From positions 1 to 64,000 of the forward strand of contig JASLXV010000080.1 in the NCBI GenBank assembly GCA_030740155.1: 64,000 nucleotides of DNA, written 5' to 3'. The notes beneath the pieces were generated by a model. The model saw only the letters and a list, made by a program, of their open reading frames with translations, was not told the DNA's origin and did no database searches. The number at the start of each line of letters is the position of its first letter. Position 1 is the stretch's first letter. Of this stretch, positions 1-8,574 are shown piece after piece. The DNA comes from Dehalococcoidia bacterium. Lineage in GTDB: Bacteria; Chloroflexota; Dehalococcoidia; Lucifugimonadales; UBA3495. A program made the translations under genes and the position numbers.

Positions 1-419
1 GCTCAGGTGAGGATCATTGCCCGTATGGTGGAGCGCCGACCGCGACTGGCCTCGATGCCTGGGAGACCGATACCGGTGGTAAGGTGATTATCGTGAGGTC
101 TCGCGGCGGAACTCAGGTCCGGGATCGACGAGAAGGCGGCCAGGGCTGAGGCTCTCGGCCACGGAGAGAGGGCTGTAGGGACTGGACCATGGTGAGCTTA
201 GGTCTCGGACTTTACGGGGTAAATGGCAGATGCTGGCAGTGATCACGGGCCCGGCCCTGACGATCTCATGGGGTAGTATGTGGGCTAGGGTGTTCACCGG
301 AACTTTGTCCGGCTCCGGAGGCCTCTCGGCACACACTCGGATCTGGTAGGGGCTGGACGATTCCGGCAGGTCGAGTTCCGGTCCCGGCCCCGGTCAAGGT
401 GGTATTGCGAGAGATCAGC

Positions 420-686
420 CTATGGACCCGCATCCGCGGGACCTGGAGGGCTTTGCTCAGACTTCGCTCGGCTCAGGTACCCCAAGGCCGGGTATACGTT
501 AGCGTGGATCCACCCGCGGCTTACCCCGAACCTGCGGGCTATCGCGGTTATGGTCTCATCACCACCGGCCCGCGCTTCTCGTACGGCATCGCCGATGGCC
601 ACAATGTCGACATCAAGAGGTGGACGACCTCCACGACGCTTGTACCCCTGGTAGGGGCGTTTGTGTGCGCTGTCTTGGTTGATCAT
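420..686 (-). CDS. Small helix-turn-helix protein (Hin/resolvase-type DNA-binding domain)
   Basis: GGRPP motif followed by ITAIARRFGVSRGWIH helix-turn-helix; RBS GAGGAG before the ATG. Confidence 0.7.
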   Translation of the reverse strand: MINQDSAHKRPYQGYKRRGGRPPLDVDIVAIGDAVREARAGGDETITAIARRFGVSRGWIHANVYPALGYLSRAKSEQSPPGPADAGP

Positions 687-844
687 GGTGTCTCCTCTTG
701 GATCGCCCGCTGCTGCTCAGTAATCGGGTCTAGCTTCCGGCGCTCTGTCGTCCTGCTGCCCGGTTGGCCCCTCAGCCTGGCGGTGGCCACCACCGGAATG
801 CCGTTAACACCGTTTTATCCACCCCGACCAACGCTCCGCCGTCA

Positions 845-1084
845 TCAATGGTAGACCTCCAGCTTGCACGGTCGGTATACCCGTTTGTCATTCACCTTCC
901 AGCCCTCCCATTGGAACAACACATGGATACACCGGTAACCGTAGCTCACCCTGGCCCAAGCCAGGTCTCTGATCTTGATCCGAAGAGCGGTCTGCCCTAC
1001 CGCCACGCCCTCGTTACGGTACGTGGACCGCCGCACGCTCACTGCCTCGCACACCCGCCGCTGGCCCACCCCGTAGGACACCAC
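845..1084 (-). pseudogene. IS3 transposase OrfB N-terminal fragment
   Basis: HTH_21-type YGYRxI...GWKVNxKRVYR motif; similarity ends before the integrase core. Confidence 0.8.
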
Positions 1085-1462
1085 CGAGTACTCCGTGTTG
1101 AGCTTCCTCTGAGCAGGCCGAGGGCCTTCTTCAGAGCATGTCCTGCAGCATCTGCTTGTCCAGGCTCAGGTTCGCCACCAGCTGGCGCAGCTTCCAGTTC
1201 TCCTGAGCAAAGATCTTCAGCCTCCGCACCTCTCCTACCCCTGGACTGAAGGTTTGTTTCTTCAACCGGAAGTAGGCTTGCTTGCTGACCCGGATCTTTC
1301 GACAGACCTCGGGCACCGGCGCTCCGTTCTCGGCCTGCCTCGGGGCGAACGCGATTCGTTCTGGGGAATACTGGGATTTCTCCATGGGATGACCGTCCTT
1401 CAGTCTGTTTATCATCCACAAAACTCGCATTTCTGCTGGAACGGTATTTGGGGTCAAGACCA
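858..1462 (-). mobile_element. Degenerate, 3'-truncated IS3-family insertion sequence
   Basis: OrfA-like MEKSQYSPERIAFAPRQAENGAPVPEVCRK...LRQLVANLSLDKQMLQD; OrfB N-terminus with RVSYGYRCIHVLFQWEGWKVNDKRVYR; TG-starting left end TGGTCTTGACCCC at 1462; no DDE domain. Confidence 0.85.
1131..1385 (-). pseudogene. IS3 transposase OrfA (HTH_Tnp_1), degenerate
   Basis: Matches the IS3 OrfA pattern with many substitutions; the A-rich frameshift site is replaced by a stop. Confidence 0.8.
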
Positions 1463-2164
1463 ATAGTCAGGATCCACTGACCACGTTGCCCGAATATGCA
1501 GTTGAAACCTCTTTAGTTCGCTTCTGCAAGCAGAAACTATCGGCAGGGGTACGTATTCCTCACTGCAGCTGATCGCTGCGATGATCGCGAGTACAGCGAC
1601 CTCATCTGGTGGCGTTTCGATGTTGCTGGCCAGCCTATATAGTATGTCTTGGACCCACCCGAACATGGGCACGCTCCATTCTTGGCCCTTGGACCTAAAT
1701 TGGACATGATCTAAGATGTATGGAGGGATCTCGGCTTCCCTCAGCATTTCGTATACGGTCTCGTATTCCTCTACCCAATCGGGCTCCAACCCTCCGTGCG
1801 TCCACGCTAGTCTTCCCAGCAGGTGGACTTCGGGCAACAAGATTAGCTTGCAGGCACCTAATTTTGTCAGAAGCTGAAAGACGGCTTCTTCACTCTTCCT
1901 CTGCCCCCTCTGATCAGGTAACTTCGGCACCAGGTTGTGGATCAGGGCTAGGAGCGCCGCCGGGCATTCATGGAGAGTCACGGGTCCGTGAGCCGTTGCC
2001 ATGTCGTACGCGGTTTTACCGATCGCCAGAGCCTGCTCCAGTGTTTGCTCTCTCCAGGGGTGCGCATCCGTGGCATAATCCGGGGGCAAGCTTTCGCCGA
2101 AATCAGTGTAGATGGCATCAGTTTGGAAATCGTCTATGTCCCAGAACGTGTCATGGTCCTTCAT
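1454..2164 (-). CDS. Hypothetical protein (236 aa); its stop codon lies inside the IS3 left end
   Basis: Long ORF with strong RBS GGAGGAGG; no recognised motif. Confidence 0.65.
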   Translation of the reverse strand: MKDHDTFWDIDDFQTDAIYTDFGESLPPDYATDAHPWREQTLEQALAIGKTAYDMATAHGPVTLHECPAALLALIHNLVPKLPDQRGQRKSEEAVFQLLTKLGACKLILLPEVHLLGRLAWTHGGLEPDWVEEYETVYEMLREAEIPPYILDHVQFRSKGQEWSVPMFGWVQDILYRLASNIETPPDEVAVLAIIAAISCSEEYVPLPIVSACRSELKRFQLHIRATWSVDPDYWS

Positions 2165-2237
2165 GGTTATCCTCCTCCCCCCAAGGCCGGTCGCCGGTTA
2201 GGCGGTCGGCCCTGGGGGATTATCTGATTTAGCCGAA

Positions 2238-2432
2238 CTAGGCTGAGGACTCCTCAATCTGCGCCACACCAGCACCTATCCGACGGACACCTGGTTTCCT
2301 CCACCGGTCGGCCGCCCCTCGCTCCAGTTCCCTGCCGCCGCATGCTCTCAACAACGTCAGCAAAGCGTTGATTTGAGCCAATGCGGACGGACGGTAGTGG
2401 CGGATGACCACCGGTGTCACTCTGTTATGCAC
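2238..2432 (-). CDS. Small hypothetical protein of the island
   Basis: AGGAG about 7 nt before a GTG; amphipathic VVIRHYRPSALAQINALLTLLRA segment. Confidence 0.4.
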   Translation of the reverse strand: MHNRVTPVVIRHYRPSALAQINALLTLLRACGGRELERGAADRWRKPGVRRIGAGVAQIEESSA

Positions 2433-2596
2433 CAAGGGTCTCCTGTTGATTCCGCTCCAGAAGGATGATTTCACTCAACTTGGCATCGTCTACTAGAAGC
2501 GGATTCCCGACCTCGGCGCGGGTACTATCGGGAAGTCGGTTATGGTGCCAGCTCCAGGGAAGAGTAATCGGATACACACCCAAGTCGTCTACTCCA

Positions 2597-2636
2597 ATAA
2601 AACAAGGTGGTGATGAAGTACCTCACCACCACCTTG
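2597..2636 (-). terminator. Intrinsic terminator after the 364-aa gene
   Basis: Minus strand CAAGGTGGTGGTGA-GGTACT-TCATCACCACCTTG followed by TTTTATT. Confidence 0.65.
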
Positions 2637-2679
2637 AGGTTACCAGCCCTCGGTGGGACCGTAACTGCATTCTGAAAAG

Positions 2680-3756
2680 TTACTTGGAATTCACAATACT
2701 TGTCGATGCTCGGCGACCGCGCCGCTTCCCAACATCAATGTCCAATCGCCTCCCCAAGCGACCCACAGCTTTGGTAACGGTCGATGTATCCAGTGCATCT
2801 TCACCTGCTTCCTCCCGATCAGCGATTTCCTGGTAGGTCAGCGGGCGAGCTAGTTTCTTGCTCGGGCAGATGGCTAAGTACAGCCAGCGGATGTGCTTGG
2901 ATTCTTCTGTTTGTTTGTGAAAAGTGTAGTCCTGCTCAAAAAGAATCTGGGTAGCCTCTTCCCACTGTTCCTTAAAGATATCCAGGATGTGTTGCTCTAC
3001 CTGTCTCTTGCCCCAACCACATTGGCTAATATCCCACTGGATGTTGAATGTCTTTTCTGGTTTCCACGTCGTTAGACCTGGTATCGTCAAAGCTCGAAAG
3101 CCCTCTTGCGCAGGTCGCGGCAGCATTCCTCGATCGATTTGGGAACTGTCCGATGAGACGAGGTAGTGCAACCAATGGTAGCCCCACCATTCGTCTGATG
3201 GCTCTGATGGACGCAATCCAAAGTCCCACGCCACGTGCTTGATCGCCTCCGTGAATCTCGTGACTGCCCGACCCACCTCGCCTTGCACACTTGCCAACTT
3301 GCAAAGGAGAGGAAAGCCACCTGGCCCAAGCCCGCTCCGGATAATGAGGTTCATAGCTTGACCGATGGTGTTCTCTTGCGCCACCGCGGAAAGTATCAGT
3401 TCGAAGTTCTCGATTGTGGGAATAACGTTGATCTTCCCGGGAAAAGCCTTCGCGCTGCCATCGGATATCGCGCCGACCCGGAATTCTCGTGCTAGGGCCA
3501 GTATCCGTCCAGTGAATCTTTCCTCTTTTGTCCATCCGTTTGAGTTCTGGATATAGGTGGTGATGAGAACAGATTGGCAATGATGTAGTTCCTGAGACCT
3601 ACTCATCCAACCTAGCGGGCTACCCAAGATTATCCGACCCGTTGATGGCATGCGGGCCGCTATAGCTTCGGCTTCTGGGCCTGGAACTCCCTGCTTTCGT
3701 AGGTCCCTGGCGTACGCCTTTTGGTTCTTGCTTAGCTCCGGCTTACTATTCAGCAT
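2680..3756 (-). CDS. Hypothetical protein with a probable C-terminal helix-turn-helix
   Basis: About 358-aa ORF; C-terminal LTYQEIADRE...STVTKAVGRL; ATG at 3756 preceded by GAAGGTGG. Confidence 0.7.
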   Translation of the reverse strand: MLNSKPELSKNQKAYARDLRKQGVPGPEAEAIAARMPSTGRIILGSPLGWMSRSQELHHCQSVLITTYIQNSNGWTKEERFTGRILALAREFRVGAISDGSAKAFPGKINVIPTIENFELILSAVAQENTIGQAMNLIIRSGLGPGGFPLLCKLASVQGEVGRAVTRFTEAIKHVAWDFGLRPSEPSDEWWGYHWLHYLVSSDSSQIDRGMLPRPAQEGFRALTIPGLTTWKPEKTFNIQWDISQCGWGKRQVEQHILDIFKEQWEEATQILFEQDYTFHKQTEESKHIRWLYLAICPSKKLARPLTYQEIADREEAGEDALDTSTVTKAVGRLGRRLDIDVGKRRGRRASTSIVNSK

Positions 3757-4058
3757 GGCTTCCACCTTCACCAAGGTGTGCTATGGCCAAGCGTTGAAGG
3801 TATCGGACACCTTCACAGGCTTGAGCATGGCCAGGGCTGCATGCTCCAGATTCTTGCAGCACTCCCTGGGTTAGCCCGATACCGTACCATATCACACTAA
3901 CGGTGTCGAATAAGGTCGCACGGATCACCGTATGTAAGTGGATCCCAACCCAATTGTGTGGGTGCTCCTAGCGTTGAGGCAGCACTCCGCCAGGGGGCTT
4001 CCAGTAGTCCAGGGTGTGGCTTACTCCCAACGCCAATATCACGCTGCGGTTTACTGTA

Positions 4059-4328
4059 CTACAAGCTGTGGACCGCCTCCCGGATCGCGCCTTTCATCAG
4101 AAAGGGCGCCCGGATGACGTCTACCGCCAGAGGGCTTCCGCGGCAATCGCGGCAAGGGGAAAGGGTGTTGGGCGAGGCGCACGACGAGCAGTAAGGCGGC
4201 GAAAGCCGGGGCAACTCATCAACGCAGGCGGCGCAGAGCAGATTGCCCTCCCGCCGGCAGCCGGCGCAGTGAAGGGGAAACAGCAGGTCAATAGCGGTAG
4301 AGGTGAGCCTGGCGAGAACAGCTTTCAC
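4059..4328 (-). pseudogene. comF: ComF-family protein, 5' fragment only (double zinc ribbon); PRTase domain missing
   Basis: DLLFPLHCAGC...LLCAAC...YCSSC...CRDC...APFLMKGAIREAVHSL then TAG where K of LKY is expected; downstream frame has no VPVPLH/RGxNQ. Confidence 0.85.
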
Positions 4329-4345
4329 GGTCCTCGAACCCCCGG

Positions 4346-4831
4346 CTATCGGGGCATCCAAAGCTGGAGTATCTCCTGGTCCCGGGGGAAAGCCAAAGGC
4401 GGCAGGTTGTCGGTGGGAAAGAAGCCGACATCCAGGGTCTCCGGGCCGACTGTCAAAACGCCTCCGGTCTCACGGGCGGCGAAGGCCGCTACGATCACCG
4501 GTTGTCCCGGTTCGGAATACAGGCCCAGGAGGCGAACCACCTCGACGTCCAGGCCCGTTTCTTCCTGTACTTCACGGACCGCCGCCTCCTCCACTACCTC
4601 ACCCTGGTCCACGTAGCCGCCGGGTATGCTCCACAGGCCGATGCCCGGCTGAACGCCCCGGCACACCATCAGCACCTGGCCTTCCCGTTCCACGATGCAG
4701 GTGGCCGCGACCTTGGGGTCGTAGTAGACCACCCGGTCGCACTCGGGGCAGACCGGCCGTTGCCGGCCCGCCACCTCTTTCGACACCAGAGGGGTAGCGC
4801 AGGCCGGGCAGTATTTGTCGTCGGTTGTCAT
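4346..4831 (-). CDS. NUDIX hydrolase with N-terminal zinc ribbon
   Basis: YCPAC...CPEC ribbon; Nudix box GGYVDQGEVVEEAAVREVQEETG. Confidence 0.93.
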   Translation of the reverse strand: MTTDDKYCPACATPLVSKEVAGRQRPVCPECDRVVYYDPKVAATCIVEREGQVLMVCRGVQPGIGLWSIPGGYVDQGEVVEEAAVREVQEETGLDVEVVRLLGLYSEPGQPVIVAAFAARETGGVLTVGPETLDVGFFPTDNLPPLAFPRDQEILQLWMPR

Positions 4832-4911
4832 ATCTTCCCCAGCTTACCACGATGGTCTATGATGTCCAAAGTTGAGAGGGTGTTGATTCAGGAAACCGGG
4901 GCCGGAGGATA

Positions 4912-4982
4912 GCCACAGAGACACAGAGAACACAGAGGTTTCTTTTTCTTTAATATCTCCGTGAACTTTGTGCCTCTGTGGC
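4912..4982. repeat. Palindromic repeat family A (CACAGAG-type), full hairpin
   Basis: GCCACAGAGACACAGAGAACACAGAG ... CTCCGTGAACTTTGTGCCTCTGTGGC; a near-identical arm lies at 24887-24914. Confidence 0.8.
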
Positions 4983-5108
4983 AAAATCGATGGAAGCTCG
5001 AACGAGACCAGGCAGCGGGTGCCGAGGCCCATCTACCGGGGGAACGTTCTGGGTACGCTGGAAAGATGACGTGGCTTTTTCAATGATGATGCTCCGCGGT
5101 ATTTTGCG

Positions 5109-5726
5109 TTGGCCGAGCTTCCCGGCATCCGCATAACCCCCAGGGCCGCCGTGGCTCTCCTGGCGGCCGCGCTGGTGGCGGCGCTGCTGGTCCTGGTGGC
5201 TATGGCCTTGCTTGGGGAATACACGAAGACCCGGGGCCGGCTTCTGTTGACGGCCCTGTCCTTGGCCGGGTTCTGCCTGGTAGCAGTAGCTCCGGCGGCG
5301 CTTCACCAGCGTCGCCGGTACCCGCTCGCGGCCGCCGGGGGGCTGGCCGCCGCTTCCGTGGGTTTTATGCTGCTGGTTGGGGGCACTTGGGGCACACCCG
5401 ACTCCGACGCCTACTGGAAAACCGTGGCCGTCGTCGCCATTGTGGCGGTGTCTCTTTCCCACGTGTGCTGGCTGCTGCTGTTGGAACCGCAACGGCCCTC
5501 GGCCCGTATCGCTAGGTGGACGGCGATGGGGTCGGCGTCCCTGGTGGCGTTGCTGGCGGGTTCGGCCATCATCCTGGAGGTGAAGGCTGCTCCCTACTGG
5601 TGGGCGGTGACTGTCATTATCATCGCCCAAGTCGCCGGAGGCGTGGCGGCCCCGTTGTTGAGCCGGTTGGGCCGCGCGCGGCATTGGCCGGGCGGGGTAA
5701 CCTCCCCTAAATCCCCTCCTTCGTAA
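5109..5726 (+). CDS. Hypothetical integral membrane protein (~6 TM)
   Basis: Multiple hydrophobic helices; the stop codon falls inside the repeat at 5701-5733. Confidence 0.8.
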   Translation: MAELPGIRITPRAAVALLAAALVAALLVLVAMALLGEYTKTRGRLLLTALSLAGFCLVAVAPAALHQRRRYPLAAAGGLAAASVGFMLLVGGTWGTPDSDAYWKTVAVVAIVAVSLSHVCWLLLLEPQRPSARIARWTAMGSASLVALLAGSAIILEVKAAPYWWAVTVIIIAQVAGGVAAPLLSRLGRARHWPGGVTSPKSPPS

Positions 5727-5827
5727 GGAGGGGACCTGGTTGTGGATGTGGATTGATGTGCCAATGGGTGTAGTTTCGGGTTGATGCCAAGCCTTACCCC
5801 CTTACGAAGAGGGGCCACCGGGGGGTC
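5701..5827. repeat. Palindromic repeat family B, inverted pair (CCCCTCCTTCGTAAGGAGGGG-type)
   Basis: Copies at 5701-5733 and about 5797-5827 in opposite orientation; third copy at 24558-24590. Confidence 0.7.
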
Positions 5828-5842
5828 TCGGCTACGGCCCGA

Positions 5843-6781
5843 TCAACGACCGTGGTCCCGGAGTAAGGCCTCGACTTCCTCTTTGAAGGGCATCGAGTCT
5901 TGGGCGCCGAACCTGGTTACCGCGAGGGCCCCGGCAGCCGAGGCTATTCGAACCGCCTGGCTCAGGTCTTCTCCCGCGGCGAGCGACGCGGCCAGCGCGC
6001 CGTTGAAGGCGTCGCCGGCCGCCACCGAATCCACGGCGGTCACCGGTAGGGGAGGAACGTATTCTCCCCCTTCGGCGGTGGCGTAGTAGGCGCCCTGGGC
6101 GCCCAGTTTGATGATTGCCACGGGGACGCCCCGGCTCAGCAACGCGCCGGCCGCTCTGGCCGCTGAAGCGGGGTCAATCACTGGAAACCCCACCAGCGCC
6201 TCAGCCTCCGTCTCATTGGGCGTGATGACGTGGCAGCAGGCGAAGAACGCCTCCGGAAGGGGCCGCACCGGACCAGGGTCCAGCACCACGATGTTGCCCA
6301 GGGCGGCGGCTTCGTGGGCCAGTTCCAGGGAGAGTTCGATGGATACTTCGAGTTGCAGCAGCAGGGCCGCGTTCCCTTTGAGGGCCCGCCGGACCCGGTC
6401 CGCTTCGGTCTGGCCGCAGGTATCGTTCGCCGCTAGAATCTGTATGATCCGGTTCTGGGCAGAAGCGTCGATGGCGATGACCCCAATTCCCGAGCTGACG
6501 CCCGGCTCTTCGGAGACCCCGGAAACGTCTACCCCGGCCGCCGCCAGGGAATCGATAAGCTGCGGCCCGAATATGTCGTCGCCGACCCGGCCCACCATGA
6601 ACGTCTCGGCCCCCATCCTGGCCGCCGCCACCGCCTGGTTGGCCCCTTTGCCGCCGGGATAGGTGAGGAAGCGGCTGCCCACCACCGTCTCCCCGGCTTC
6701 GGGGAGACGGGAGGCCACGGCAACCAGGTCCATGTTGATTCCCCCCAGCGCGACCACGACAGGCCGCTTTTCATCGCTCAT
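5843..6781 (-). CDS. rbsK: Ribokinase (PfkB family)
   Basis: GGINMDL, PGGKGANQAVAAAR, TPNETEA, DSVAAGDAFNG motifs. Confidence 0.93.
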   Translation of the reverse strand: MSDEKRPVVVALGGINMDLVAVASRLPEAGETVVGSRFLTYPGGKGANQAVAAARMGAETFMVGRVGDDIFGPQLIDSLAAAGVDVSGVSEEPGVSSGIGVIAIDASAQNRIIQILAANDTCGQTEADRVRRALKGNAALLLQLEVSIELSLELAHEAAALGNIVVLDPGPVRPLPEAFFACCHVITPNETEAEALVGFPVIDPASAARAAGALLSRGVPVAIIKLGAQGAYYATAEGGEYVPPLPVTAVDSVAAGDAFNGALAASLAAGEDLSQAVRIASAAGALAVTRFGAQDSMPFKEEVEALLRDHGR

Positions 6782-7082
6782 GCTTCCTGGTCCTCTCGGC
6801 CGGTGGGTGTCGCTCCCCCGGAACGCACCTTGTTGCGTCCATCCTGGTGCGAGTTTGGGGGATCACCCGCCGGCCCTGGTGATTGGATTTGATTTGAATT
6901 GAACTGCCTCCCCGGACCGGGGACGGCCCCTGCCGACGCTGACAAGATCGCCTCGATAGTAGCACTTTGACGCGGGCTTCACTACGGTCTTCTCATAGGA
7001 GTATCGACTGGGGACATTGTGGACACATGTTCCGAGAGGTGGCGGACATCGTGAGGGCCTGCCAGCCTCTGCCTGGTGTCAC

Positions 7083-7093
7083 CGTGCTATAAT
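7083..7093 (+). promoter_or_regulatory. Extended -10 promoter element (TGCTATAAT) of CoA-transferase copy 1
   Basis: CCGTGCTATAAT, repeated identically before copy 2. Confidence 0.6.
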
Positions 7094-7156
7094 CCCCACG
7101 GTAGACTCGGGGTCCGGAATCCGGGATTTTTTGACGGGATTCTTTGAGAGGTAGCT

Positions 7157-8347
7157 ATGGCTTTGGCACTTGAGGGAATCAAGGTCCTCGAGGTTACTCG
7201 CCTCCTCGCCGGTCCCTTCTGTGCAATGCTGCTCGGCGACATGGGCGCGGACGTCGTCAAGATCGAGGAGCCGGAGAACGGCGATGAGACACGCTCCTGG
7301 GCCCCCACCTGGCACGGGGAGAGCACCGGGTTCCTCTCTCTAAACCGCAACAAGCGCAGCTTGGGCCTGAACTTGAAAGAGAAGGAGGGCGTCGAAGTTG
7401 TCCTGAGAATGGCGGCCGAGGCCGATGTGTTGATTGAGAGCTTCCGTGCGGGCGCCATGAACCGGATGGGCCTGGGCTATGAGGCGATCAACAAGGTGAA
7501 CCCGCGGCTAGTTTACTGCTCCATATCGGGCTACGGCCGCACCGGCCCCATGGCCGAGAAGCCGGGTTACGACCTTGTAATCCAAGGTCATAGCGGGCTG
7601 ATGAACCTCACCGGGGACCCGGACGGACCGCCCGTCCGGGTCGGCTATGCCCTGGTGGACCTTTTTACCGGCATGATGGCCTATAGCTCTATTGTGACCG
7701 CGTTGCGCCATCGGGATAACACGGGCGAGGGCCAGTGGATCGACACATCCCTGCTAGACGGCCAAGTGGCCGTGATGAGCTATCATGGCACCAATTATCT
7801 GGCCACCGGGAAAGAAGCCCACCGGATGGGGTCGGGCCATCCTCATCTTGTGCCCTACCAGAGCTTCCCATCCTCCGACGGCTTTTTCATCCTCGCCTGC
7901 CCCAACCAGCGGCTGTGGGAACGCCTGTGCCATGCCATCGGGCGCCCTGAACTGGTGGAAGACCCTCGCTTCGCCACCAACGATGACCGGGTGGAGAACC
8001 GGGCCGCGTGTGTGGAAGCACTGAGCCAGGTCTTTCGCACCAAGCCGATGGCCCACTGGGTCCAGCTCGTCGAGGATGCTGGAATACCCTGCGGCCCGAT
8101 CCAAAGCACCTCGGAAGTGGTCAACGACCCCCAGGTGCTGGCCCGAAACATGATGGTGGATGTGGACCACCCCAAGGTGCCCGGCCTGCGGATGCCCAAC
8201 TGCCCGCTGATGCTGACCGGGAGCCCGTCGACCATCCGGCGTCACCCGCCGCTGCTGGGCGAGCATAACGAAGATATCCTCAGCCAGTCGGGCTACACCC
8301 CCGGCCAAATATCCGAGCTGCGAAAGAAGAGGGTTATCGCCGGGTGA
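7157..8347 (+). CDS. CaiB/BaiF (family III) CoA-transferase, copy 1
   Basis: LEGIKVLEV...AGPFCAMLLGDMGADVVKIE, NRNKRS, SISGYG, catalytic Asp in ALVDLFTG. Confidence 0.95.
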   Translation: MALALEGIKVLEVTRLLAGPFCAMLLGDMGADVVKIEEPENGDETRSWAPTWHGESTGFLSLNRNKRSLGLNLKEKEGVEVVLRMAAEADVLIESFRAGAMNRMGLGYEAINKVNPRLVYCSISGYGRTGPMAEKPGYDLVIQGHSGLMNLTGDPDGPPVRVGYALVDLFTGMMAYSSIVTALRHRDNTGEGQWIDTSLLDGQVAVMSYHGTNYLATGKEAHRMGSGHPHLVPYQSFPSSDGFFILACPNQRLWERLCHAIGRPELVEDPRFATNDDRVENRAACVEALSQVFRTKPMAHWVQLVEDAGIPCGPIQSTSEVVNDPQVLARNMMVDVDHPKVPGLRMPNCPLMLTGSPSTIRRHPPLLGEHNEDILSQSGYTPGQISELRKKRVIAG

Positions 8348-8495
8348 ACCGGGATGACCTTTCAGGCAGCCCCGCCCGGTACTCCTGAGCCGTTGGCGCC
8401 CGGAAAAAGAGATTGGATTTGATCTCCGGGAACGGGGTTCATCCGTGCCTGTAGCGCCAGCGGCCGCTGCGCCGGGCGCCCCGGTTTGGCGATGC

Positions 8496-8506
8496 CGTGC
8501 TATAAT
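8496..8506 (+). promoter_or_regulatory. Extended -10 promoter element of CoA-transferase copy 2
   Basis: CCGTGCTATAAT about 70 nt before the start, as for copy 1. Confidence 0.6.
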
Positions 8507-8574
8507 GCCCACTGGCAAACCGGAGGTCGATATTACCGGATTTCCAGTATCTCCGGATTCAATGCGAGGTAGTG

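Larger units (their letters stand above)
1..4060. mobile_element. Right-hand end of an integrated element (genomic island) inserted in comF; it extends beyond the left edge of the window
   Basis: Visibly lower GC than the flanking chromosome, only hypothetical/HTH genes plus an IS3 remnant, and an abrupt junction where comF stops at ...AVHSL-TAG-TAC. Confidence 0.75.

Noticed and set aside
1..420. tRNA or att site, or a gene, at the left edge
   Set aside because: No cloverleaf or T-loop consensus; the ORFs have no recognisable features
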